From Tubulanus polymorphus (taxonomy: Eukaryota > Animalia > Nemertea): 64,000 nt of DNA. The translations under genes were made by a program, and so were the position numbers. Below the pieces are notes generated by a model. The model was not told where the DNA came from, did no database searches, and saw nothing but the letters and a program-made list of their open reading frames with translations. Of this stretch, positions 36,352-48,800 are shown piece by piece (the stretch's first letter is position 1; every line of letters begins with the position of its first letter). Location: contig NC_134029.1 in NCBI RefSeq assembly GCF_964204645.1, forward strand, positions 18,470,950 to 18,534,949, in the 5' to 3' direction.

Positions 36352-36843
36352 ATGCCATTTCGACAATACGTGGTAAAACCAAACTCAGCCGCCGACGCGA
36401 GATTCACGACGACACCGACTTTCGACAGCGCGTATTTCACCGTAGAGAACAATTCGACGCAAATGGACGGCGGGATGTATCAGGATACCGGCGGCGGAGG
36501 CTTGCCGATGTCTTACCACCACCAGAGGGCGGCGTCTCTGGAGTCATTGGAAAGTTCGGCGACGAGTCAGACGCGTTATTCGTCGGACAGCGGTGGCGAC
36601 GGTACCTCGTATTCGCGCGAAGGCAGTCACCCGCGCGATGGTATTTCGCGTGGCGGCAGCGCGGGGAACTACCACGGATTGCGCCGCGCGAGTCTGTCGA
36701 CGACGGCCCCGGCGCATTCGCCGATGCAGTTCGTCAAGACGGATATTTCGCCGCTCGCCATCAAGGCCGCGATGCACGTGCAGAAAATGAAGAAATTCGA
36801 AGAGGAGAAGAAGAAAGCGAAGGAAATTGAACCGTGGCAAGGG
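36352..36843 (+). CDS. LMO7: LMO7-like first coding exon
   Basis: GC-rich ORF MPFRQYVVKP...MQFVK...EIEPWQG|GTAGGT; candidate acceptor at 35957 upstream. Confidence 0.8.
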
Positions 36844-39800
36844 GTAGGTGTGGTAGTCGTATATTTGCAAAGATCCATTCAGGTCATGGACCCAGTTCCG
36901 TAGTTTCGGGTTAGATTTAACTATTGACAATGATTTAAGTTATTATGTGGTGGCCACTTACCTTGAAATGAGGGAACAGTTGGGGAATTTTCTTTTCTTT
37001 AAAGAAGTCAGGGAAAACAAGCTGAAAATCAGGGGTAAGTCAGGGAAATTTGAGATGGCTATATTGTGCATAAAATCGAGTTTACATCTATGTCTTCCAT
37101 ATTTCCTGCGTTCTTAATAGCAGATCAAGTCAGGAAAAACAACGTACATGTTCATGGAAAAAGCCAAATATAAGTGGTCACCTTATCATATTTTTACACA
37201 AAGCTGGAGATTGGGGTCATGGATAGCAGTTTTCTAAACTGCTACACCTGGATGACGCCTTTTGCCTGAGGTCAATTAGTAACCACTAAGGTAGAGGCGC
37301 ACAAGTGTATCTTTTTCCCAAATCACCCAAATTTGATAACAATTTCGACATCAATTTCATTACGTGACGAATCAAGCATTAAACTCTAGATCGAACTGCA
37401 ACTGAGGAACTGGGTCGTTGCCTTTCATTTTCAGATATCCTTACTTAATTAACCATGGACTTGAATCCATGCCTTAACGTCTAACTTCGGCTTTTAAGCT
37501 TTTTATCACTTAACATTGTCACCGGTGGTTGAAATACATATAGACCATCGAGTGTTATGTATCGCGTGTAATGAGCATGATTTAATGTCGTTTTACATAT
37601 ACTTTGATACACGAAGCGTTTGTATATGACAGTATATAATTACGACACAAGCTGTCACTCTCTCTCCTCTCTCTCTCTCATTCAGTCTCTGGGGGTCTGA
37701 TGATTTTTTTCTCTATTATTTCTCTGTAGGATATTTGATAACCGAATTGAATGCTCTGTTCTGCGTGTAAGCCACCTGCGGTATGAAAACATATGGTGGA
37801 TTGTATATCTTGTATACGTGCACAAAATCCCGAATCAACCTAATCAAGTCAGATGAGAGCAAATTAATTCCTGGGAGGGGGGTTGAGGGGTAATGCAGTG
37901 GGAGCCCTCTCAGTGTGCCGAAATCACTCTGTGGATGAGATGTTTAAGAAGCTGCAATCACACGGGCACGATTCGGTACGGGCCCAATTGGTCCGCATCG
38001 GGCCCAAGCCAAATTTGGCCAGTGCCTAATTAGAGAGCACATTCACATGTAAAAAAATGACCAAACAAAGCGAAGTGAGTCACTTCCAGCAATAGTTGCA
38101 ATTCATTTGTCCCGTGCTAAAATTTTGCTTGGGCCTGGTCCAACGTTTTTGGTTGGGTCAAACTGGCATGTGCCCATTTGGCCCCCGCGTGAACTGTTGT
38201 TTCAGGCCTAATTTGGGACAGGCCAAAATTCTGGCCCGGCCAAAAACGCTTGTGTGATCGCGGCTAGTCTTTCAGTGAGATAAGGTTTGAAGGGGGGAAT
38301 GTGACTAAGTCTAAACGCTATCAGAGGTTCGATTCCTTGCGAGTGCGGGATATGGTTGAGTCTCTCAGTGGAGAATTTGCATGTGTCGGAAGCCTCTATG
38401 AGCCAGAAATGTGAAAGAGTCTCTCGGGTTCAAGTTTCAAATCCCTTCAAGGGAGGAAATAAGTCTCTGGGCCATCAGGTTTGAATCCCTGTGGAACATG
38501 AACGCTTCTTGTGATAGCCTTCCATTTCAACTGTGGCATTAATTTTGGTGATCTTATGTATACAATTTCCGCAATAAACGAAATTTTTAGTTTTAGGTGG
38601 CCACTTGCCTCACCAAGAGGGCTTGCACTAATAAAATGTCAGTTAGAAATTTTTACAATACAAAGACGATGGTGTGTACAGCCATTAAAAAACTGATTAT
38701 TAGTTTCGGAAGAAAACACTCAATGAACGGGAATGAACAGGAAACGCTGGCGATAACAATGCGTTACATATCGACATACTGTTGCCTAAGAGTTGAATTA
38801 AGTTCACTGCCGATAACTTGACCCCGGATTCAAATTTTTAGCCCAGAATTATAGAATACTGGCCCCTGATTGTCTATGATTTTAATCTTCACATTCATAT
38901 GATATGTTTATAACAATTTATCAATGTTAACTACAACATCCTTCCCGGAAGGGATTCGAACTTGATGGCATTGCTAGACACCGTCAGTGCATAAAACCCT
39001 GCCACACAAGACCGGGTGCACAGGTATATACACAGGTTTGCCACAAGTTATCTTGCGGAAAACCAATAAGATTGCCCGTTCTATAATCGCTAAGGCAAAT
39101 TTCACAAACTATGAATGGGAATACCCAGACTAAAATGACATAATCTAAGCTGTGTATGTAGCTTCGCACTCGGGGCCAATGGGGCAGGGTTTCTTACCAT
39201 GGCGAGTCTCGATGCCATCAGGGAGTATGTATCTTTAACTGCATGTGAATAATTACATCACTCCATTCTGTCCTTGACACTGGTATGATCGCTGTCCTTG
39301 TCGCACCGGGCCTATTTCACAGAATATAAAGTTCATTCATGGTTAAAAGGCCCTTTTCATTCTGTGAAATGGCTGGTCATTAAAATCATAGCATTGTCCA
39401 ATTTTCCCATATCTGTAAGATTTTTGGAAATTTAATACGTTTGCCGCCAACTACGAGATATGTATATCTAGTTCTGGTTGTTCCATCATTGCCACTATGG
39501 GTCGTAGCTGATATTTCTGCACTGTTTGATTTGCCCTCATTCGAATGACACCGTCCCTTATTGGTTGGCAGTGTGAACAAACTCAGTTTATTGGTTAATT
39601 CAGAATAATGGCTGCTGCCTATGCTGCCTCTATGGCCAACTATGACATAAATTGAAAAAAAAGTAATTTCTGCAAAGGAACATAGTGGCTGCAAACGTCT
39701 TAATGAAAATTCGTGAAAATTTTGCCCAAATCTTCCATTTACGGCACTTCACTTTGTATCAGCGAAAGCATGGTTCTCACTCTTAATTCAATCATGGCTA

Positions 39801-42800
39801 AGCTGCTATTTTAAAGACAATTTGCACATTATCCGCCTGTTCAATTCATGAATGACCCCCTCGTATGAAAGTACAGTTGACCCCGCTTAATTCAGATCAA
39901 TTCGGACAAATGAAATATACCTGTATCCGGTTTATGAGAAATGGAAAAATGAACATCATATTTTTCATGAATTTATGTATAAATGGACTGTAGGCCCAGA
40001 AGTCGAGGTCAGGTTTACTTATGACCTGACTAGATCGTCATAAGCAGTAACACACATGACTGCGGATTGCTCATTTGTTTGTCTCACAATCTTAAGAGCA
40101 CTCTGGTCGACTTACGACGCGATCATCGCCGAGTCTGAAAGTCATGTGATGCAATACTCATCACTGATTGGCTACGACGTTAAGATCTGTCATAGGAAAA
40201 AGAACTCATTCTTTCCATACGATTCGGCTTACGATCGGTCTGCGTTCAATCCGTCGTGGTCGTAAGCGCACTCAGGTCAAAAAGATTTCCGATGATCTGA
40301 TCCGATCTCAGTTGACCTGAGTAACATAGGCCTATATAGCATCTAGATTAGATGAAAATCCGTGCTGGATTAAGCGGATTTGACTGTACTATCCACAAAT
40401 ATGTGTATTTAACCGATTCACCGAGTTCTCCAATCCAGGAGCAACACTGTATCGTTCTCTCCGAGTAAGGGCGGAACACACTCGCATGCGTCTAACATCG
40501 AAATTAACCCGCGTCTTGTTTTCTTCGAACGTGTTCTGAACTTTTAGGACACTTATTTGCAGGATTTGTCGAATTGGAGAGATAAACGCCGCAAGCAGTC
40601 GGTGACCAATCCAACCGAGTCATCCGATCACGACCAGACGGACGCGTCCGACCAGGAACAACCTAAGGAACAACCTAAGACTAAGACTTTCAGTGAAATC
40701 ATGAAAGAAAGGTTGGTCATTTAATCATTAATAGTATGGTAATTAATTCTAAATCGAATAATTTGTTCTGGTATTTCATTTTACCCCTCTGGGCCCAAGT
40801 TCATGCACTGAAATTCTAATTAAAGTTTAATGAGGTTCTTAATGAAGATAATCCATTGGGCCAGATTTCGTTTGAAAAATAATTAGATAAAGACATCTGT
40901 TTTTGTTTCGACTGTCAAAAGTCATTATTCATATTCATAACTGATTACTATTGATATTTTAGATTGAATTATGCTTCAATTTTAATGAGGATTCTACATT
41001 CATTTGACTCTTGATTCCACCTTGTAAAAACTGACGATCCACCAGGTGGAAACAATGTGCATTTCGACAACGATTTCGATCGGGAGGCTAAAAATCTAGA
41101 TGAAAGCTCACTGAAAATAAACTGAAATTTGACCGAGTTGTCTACGCACCACGCCATCTAGCTGGTGACACAGTAGGGTCATCGTTGAAAGAAATCAAGT
41201 GTCATGGTCTTACTCCGCACAAGCTAACCTGGTGGATCCTCACTAGGCAAGCTCGCCGTGGTTGCATTGCCGGTCAGCTTCATTGTGCCATGGTTTTCCG
41301 ATTATACTTTTCAGAAAATCAAGAAGACATAGTTATAACTTTTATCCGATTGATGACTCAGCTTCAACTATAGTCGACGTAGATATAGAAAGCAATGCTC
41401 AAGTAAGCATCTAGGATATGCTAGAATTTTTTTTTAAAGAAAATGGAACGCCACAAGTGTATTTCCTTACTACTGTACTGTTCCCTTTCCTATAGGTTTT
41501 GCCAATATTCTCTGAATTTGATCGCCAGTGATTTTTCTATACGACCCCGGCACTGCAATATCGCATTTAGCTAACGGCGATTTCTGCCATTTTTTCGCTA
41601 TAGGCTAGCAGTCACAAGAATGCTGCTAAGCAGGGCGGGAGGGTGGGACTTCCTCCATAGGAAAGGGTTAAATACTACTCGAAAATACAAATTTTAGTTC
41701 CAACAATTGTAATTTTTTTACCTGGGCCAAATTTGGCTGTTCACATTGGTGCCAATAAAGTCAATGCTTGTTTGTCATGGGTCAAATTTGGCTGGATCAA
41801 AAACGTCCGACGATGAATGCTTACTGATTCTGGGAGTGACTCATTCCTCTTCATCACTGCATCGTTTTGATGGCATTTTAGTAAGAGTTTGTGATTTACG
41901 TGTGAATGCACTCCAATTTGACTCGCGCCTGGTCTAAATGGTCAAAATATCTCAATTTGAGCGTGGTTTTATAGTTGAATTCGATAGATATCAAAATTTT
42001 ATAAGAGTTTAAGAGAAATTGGTTCCTTTGACCCTGTTCTTTTTGTTGAAAAATCAAACTCAATCAATTTTGCAGAAATAAATTGATGAAATTAAGAAAA
42101 TTGCATTGATTTTTAATAGTTTTAGAACGGTGCCCTGCATTTCTGCATTTACTCCCAGCCAAATTTCATTTGCATTGAATCGATGAAGAAATTTGATACT
42201 TTCGATGAAAATGATTTAAAATCGTGACATATTTCTGAAATTTGCTATGATTTCTGATTCTCTTACTGCATTACTGCAATCATTAAAGCTTGATCATACC
42301 GATCGAATCCTATTTCGAGACCTTAAAAAAACATATGAATCACCCTCTTAACTGATGCATAAGAATCCCATGTGTTCTCGAATAAAAAATTGCTACTGTG
42401 GAATCTGTAAATCTCAACTGGATTACGTAATAAATGTGTGAGTCATTTGCACTTGAAACAGTCGAAGAAGAGGTAACCACTTAGATAAGAAGTAATTGGA
42501 AATTTCCAAATTTTGGTGAGCGTTCACACGGCGTTTTGAAATGCGGTGATTAAATCGCTTGTCACCGGGCCCACAAGATGTCGCCATCTGCTAAGTAATT
42601 AATTGCGCCTGGATGAAGTCTTGCTTCCAGATTCGAAGTATAGCAAGACATTCTTCATTTGACCAATTCGATCCTCTGTCAGGTTTAGACATTTTTGCGA
42701 ATTTGATTTTATTCTATCATGCTGAAACTCTAAGTGTCGTTTAAACACGGTTCAAAGCACGGCAGTAAAACGGATGATGATCGCGATATACGAATACGAA

Positions 42801-45800
42801 TTATGCTCCAAACATTTCCATAGTATAGTGAGGAAAAACAGTTTCTAAGAATAATTACATAAACAGTAATAAAAGCATTTAAAACTTAATAAACTGAACT
42901 CACACTCTGCTGCAGAGGTCGCGACATCTATACCGCAGAGATTAAGAATTACGATTTAGACCAGACCTGGTACCAGTTTCTGTCCACACGCACATATTTA
43001 GATCGGTCCAAATTTGGTCCGGTCCTGGTTCGCTCTTTTAGACCGTGCCAAATTAGACCAGTCTAAACTAGACCGGTCTAATTTTGAACGGTATTTTTGC
43101 CAGTGTGAACGCTTGGTCTGGTCTAAATTTAGACCGATCTAAATTTAGACCGGTCGAAATTTCGTCGTGTGAACGCACCTTTAGATCCCAGACATACAAA
43201 ACTCTGACCGCCCCATACAAAAATGGATGTATCTACCTAATAGAATAAGTAATCCTAATTGCTTTGCCTGTTCACATTGTAATTGAAAAATTGTTTGTAC
43301 ATATCAAGTGCCAGTGAATAGACATTGTTTCTTATACATACAACGATTATGTCAAACTGTCAGGATAGTTACAAACTGCTGATTGCCCTATCTTAACCCT
43401 AACTTCAAATTTGGCCCGTGCCTAATTAGAGAGCGCGCTCACCTGCAAACCACTCCCTAGATACTAAGCAATGCTTAGACAAAGCGAAGTGAGTCACTTC
43501 CGGAATCAGTTACAATTCAGACGCAATAATTTCACCCGGGCCGGGTCCAACATTTACGGGTATGGGCCCATTTGGCATCCACGTGAACGGGGGGTTGTTG
43601 CAAACCAAAAACAATTGCGGTTATTATTACGCATATAAAGATTATGAACTCGCACAGTCACAAACGGGTGATTACCCGATCTTAACCCTAACTTCAGTTA
43701 TATTTCACTGATTATTTTATTTATAGGATAAACCAGCTGTGATAACAAACTCGAACGACGATCGTGATAGGAATCAACGTACGATCAGAAAGAAAGATGA
43801 GACGGACTGCGGCGTCACGAAAGAAACTGATCCGGAAATCATCGAGTTATTGAAACGAGTCGCCGCAATGAAAGCGCAACAATTACGTAATAAAGGTAGC
43901 GAGTCGGAAAGCGAGTCGGAGGACAGCGAAACCGGCGAGGTTCAGAAACAAAACGAGAAGAACGAAAAAGTCGCGACGATTACGAAAACGGATTCTTTGA
44001 CGCCGCCTCGTCGGACAAGTGTCGGGTCGACCGGGAGACGTCGGTCCAGCTCAGAGGCTCCTTATATCATAAACCCGAACAGAAACCTCGTAAGTTTATC
44101 TATTCGCTGCGTCTGTTTGCACTTTACCGTTGACTTGTTATATTCAGGGGCGGATTTAGGGGGTCTGGTCTCGGGGTTTCCCATTGAGGTTGCCCTTTTC
44201 ATTAAGACAAAGATTGTTAAAACCTGCAAATTTACCACTCATCCTCTCGTAATTTTCATGTTTTATGATGTACATCTCCAAAATATCTAAACACCGAGAG
44301 TGGGACCCCTGAGTGCTTAAAGGCTGGCCTATGTTGACAAGCAACACCACGCCTACCGACACAACTGGGTTTATCGCCGATTAGCGGCAACTAGCGACCT
44401 ACGAGAGGCTGCCAGTTGCTGCTCTATCGGTTCGACATAAGCCGGCTTGCGACGGCAACCCGACGCGACCGACTCATCGCAAGCCGTATCTGTCTAGTTG
44501 CCCATGTTCTACTCTGCCTACGGTAGGCGGATAGTTGCTTTTGATCGCAACCGACATAAGCTCATCTGCCAATCAGAGACCGAATATACATAGTACAAAT
44601 TATGACCGCTAGTTAGTGTCATAAACTTTCAAATTCAAGTAGTTCAAAACGTAAACCAAACCTTCAGCATGGCAGATGACTGGACTGAAGATCTAGATAC
44701 GAAATTGGTAGAATTATGGTGTGAGTGGCCATCTTTATATGATGTCGCTTGCACATTGTATTCAAAACTAAATCAGAAAGATAAAGATCTTTAAGAAATA
44801 GCTTTTCTAATAGAAATATATTTTCCAATAATTCAAATTTATTCTCAAAATGCTTATCACGTGACCATCTGAGCTGTTGCAGTGGCCAGTAATCGTACCC
44901 GACATAAGCAGGGAAGCAACTGGGAGGATCTCATATCCCGCTAGTCGGCCTCAGTTGCTGCGAATCGGAGCGCAGACGACATAAGCTGGGCTGCGATCGC
45001 GGTTGCTCTCAGTTTCGTTGATAGGAGTCGGTAGGCATTGCGTTGCTTGTTGAGATAAGCCAGCCTTAAGACATAACATTGCTTTATTCAAGGAATGCCT
45101 TTTCTTTTCTTCTGGACCCCTTTCAGTGGCCTTACCTTTTCCTAATCCGCCTCTGATATTACCGTTTCGAATTGCTGTTCACATGAGAATGTGCTGCCCT
45201 CTTTCTTCGAGTTCTAAAGTTAATGCATAGTTATATCGTCTATCTCTCTCTCTCCCCGTTCATACTGATCAATATACAGTAAATTGCAAATGATAACAAA
45301 AAATACCTGTACGTCCTCTATATTTGATTTGATTGTGCATGATATTAATCCTTGTCAAAAGGCCGCCGCACATTAACCTCATCCATTAAACTGGGCTTAC
45401 TCAGCCCAATTTAATGGCAAAAGTCAGCCCAGCTTCATGGGTACGATCACATGGAGACGATTTGGCCCAAATTCAGACCCGGATCAAACACGCAATTGGT
45501 GCCTGTGTAAATGGTTGGCCCGGGTCTAATCAGGTACGGGCCAAAAACACTTGTGTGATCGTCGCAGCTATCGTCATCATGTGTTAAGAGAAATTGAAAG
45601 TGGCAGGCATTGCCGACCCATGCATTCCATGAGACAAACCGATCCCACCACGACAATATGAAATCCCGTAAATATCTGCTGAGTTGCGGCGCCCTTGAAA
45701 TCTGCATTTCCATTTTTGTTAAGTTCAACTTTGCAAAGTCCTGCTTCGCATGGTTTCGGAAGGTTTACAAAGTTAGTAAACTTTCTAATTTTGCTATATG

Positions 45801-48800
45801 CTAATGTGCTATTAACTTATTTCAGCCTGGCCTTCAAAGACAGTTTAGTGGTGTAAGTAAAATAAGTATGAGCTTCTTAGTATAGATTATAGTCTAGGTG
45901 TTGGTATGGACCCACTGAGAGTCAAATTCTTCAACAGTTTTTTCTAATGAATGACACTTCCTAATTACCATAAATAAAGTCTGGTTTGGCATTTCCATTC
46001 TAATTGTACTCTAATATTGTACCACCATTTCCTTGAAAATTAGTTTGTCTTGAAGGGGAAATCTTCCCGACCAACTGGATCAAAATACTAGTTAACAAAT
46101 TACATACTCTTACATTAGCCACCACCATTCTATGAAAGGTTGTCTCTCCAGGCTTTACCCATTTTTGTCATAATCTGGCCATCTTCTCTTGGCAGTGATT
46201 CGTACCTGATGGCATCAAGATTTGCTTGCGAAACCTTGCCATACTAGATTGGGTGTGCAGCTTAGATGATGTCATTGTTAGCCAATCAAAAATAATGTTT
46301 TATTTTAGCCCAGGTTTTTCCATTTATAGTTTATCTGTGAAATTTGTCTCAGTTATTATACAACAGGCAATCTGATTGGTGCCACAAGTAAACTTGCGGC
46401 AAACCTGCGCTTCCGGTCTAGTGTGGTAGCCATGGAGTGTTGCGATGTCATCTGGTCCCTGCCAGGGGAGGATGTAATCTGGCATGCAGATTTTAATGTC
46501 TTTGATAGGTGTTTGACATCTGATGCGACAATCTGAAGTTCCAGATGGATGATAAAAAATGAGATCTCTCTTATGTTTGCTACTTTCAGAAATATGAGGA
46601 TAAAGAAATTCAGCTCAAACAAAATCCACATAAAAGCGACGGGTTTGGTTTCACAATTAAAGGAGGCATCGACCAGTTGCTACCAATTCTAGTCGACAAC
46701 ATCATTGAAGGTACGTTTCAACCGGTTTTGAATTCTACAACCATGCCAATGATTTAAATCTGTATTCAAGTAGTCTGCTAAAGAAAAATTTCAGCCTAAA
46801 GCTAAGCTCAGGTCGACTTACGACTCGTTCATCTTGTCGTAAGAACAGCGATAGTAAATATGTGACCGCCGATTGGCAATTCATTTGACGCGACGTCGCA
46901 AGAGCACTTAGGTCGACTACGACTTGATCATCACAGAGTCTAAAAGTCATGTGATGCAGAACTCGTCGCTGATTGGCTACAGCGATTTGATCGGGTTTGC
47001 GATCAATCCGTCGCGATCGTAAGCACACTCATGTAAAAAAAGGTAAAGTAAAAAATCGCAGACCGTTCCGACGAGATGATCGGGGTGTAAGTCTTAGCTT
47101 AAAGCCTATATGGCAGGTTTGATTGAGCTCGGCCAATGCTTGAATACTGTTACAGTATGTTTGTTCAATGAAAATACAGGTCTAGTGATTCCATTGAGTA
47201 CAATTTTTCGATTTCAGGATACACTTCTGGGGCTGTTGTTGCTCAAAAGTTGGTTAGAATTAACCAGTGACTTACATAGTAACTTACATAGTGACAATTA
47301 AGAGTTCATTGTTACTATGGCATTTATCCACTGGTTATCTTTAACCAACTTTTGAGCAACTGGCCCCTGATGTGTTCATTTCAGCCTGAAACATTTTACC
47401 TATTCCAGAATGGCTCTTGGAAATCAGAAAAAAAGTTTGGGAATCCTCTTTTTCTATAAGCCAGGGAATAGTCAGAGAATTTTGGGAAAAAAAGCAGGGT
47501 AGAGTCATGGACATTAGGTGTGATGGTCAAAGCATTTCTCTCTATATTTTACTTATTGTGGCTGTGTTAATTGGTTGAATTTTTAGCAGAAAAACTTACC
47601 CCGGAAACATGTCAGGGAATAGTCAGGGGAAAAGCATATCAAATACAAGTGGCCAATTGATAATAGTACTGAAAACCTGGGCTCTTAGAGCTAAAATGCA
47701 TTCCATCGAAATCCTGCCTTAAAATACAAAACATTTTACTGAATAAAACATGTTTATATCTTATGATTATTTGTTTTCTTTTGAAATATTCATATTTTTC
47801 ATTTCATGCAATTTTTCTATTTCTAGGTAGCACCGCAGATGATGCGGATATCTGCGAAGGAGATGAACTTTTGTATGTGAACGGTCAGACTTGCGAGAAC
47901 CAATTCAAAGGATCGGTCATGTTGGTCATCAACAGCGCGGTAAAGGCTGGACAGTTGAATATCAAATTACGCAGATTTGAAAATGCTCGTAGTAAGTATT
48001 CAATGCTTTTTTCGAAACTATCTAAGTGCTAGACGGGAGCAGATTCCTCATCCACTTCTGGCAGGGATTCGAACCTGATGGCTCACGATTGCAGGTTGCT
48101 GCACAGTCACCCGTCTGCGCCCAGCTTGAGATACAATTTATCTACAGCTAGAGCTTGTTCTACTCTTCGGCACCTGGTTGCTCTCAGATCCGGTGTTATC
48201 ACCTGATGCATGCCCTCCCTAATCAACAAGGTATGGCACAACTGATAATCAAAGTGACTTTGGGAAGCCCTCTAGAATTTTTGCTAGATAAGAAGAGATC
48301 CCAGTTGCCGTCAATGGAGGCTCAGTCAATCTCGATATTGACTGCCAAGTTTTCGTCAGTTTTTAAGTGAGTATGGGGTACCTGGCTCACAAGTGACTCA
48401 TCTGATTAGTGGCTAGTCCGATATACGCTTAGCATTACAATTGTGTAGCATGTGTAGGGATTTTATCCCAGTACCAATGAAGTTGTTGTCTATGAGTCGA
48501 GATAGATGGCAACACATATCAGTCCAAGTATTCTGGAAGTGCTCCTATACAGCTGTTAAAACATTGATTTCCTCTAGAATGTAGCCACAAATTGTTCGTA
48601 ATTTAAACCGATATTTTTCGCACGCATGAATCTATAATGAATATAGAATTCTGTATTGATTAGTATATGTTTTCAGAAAAGAGCAGCACGACAGTCCCTC
48701 CGATACTGCCTCCAACACAAGCGCAGATAGAAACATTGTACGAAACGGCCGGACCTAGGAGGAAAAATAAACCTGATTCTGTAAGTGATGATGATGATGA

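Noticed and set aside
36544-36930. Antisense and alternative-frame ORFs over GC-rich exons (also 48660-48953, 54206-54448, 12042-12457)
   Set aside because: Shadows of the real coding frames.
38275-38500. Several B-box-like GGTTCGA/GGTTTGAATCC motifs (also near 38950, 48065, 59190)
   Set aside because: Too degraded to delimit; probably SINE debris rather than RNA genes.
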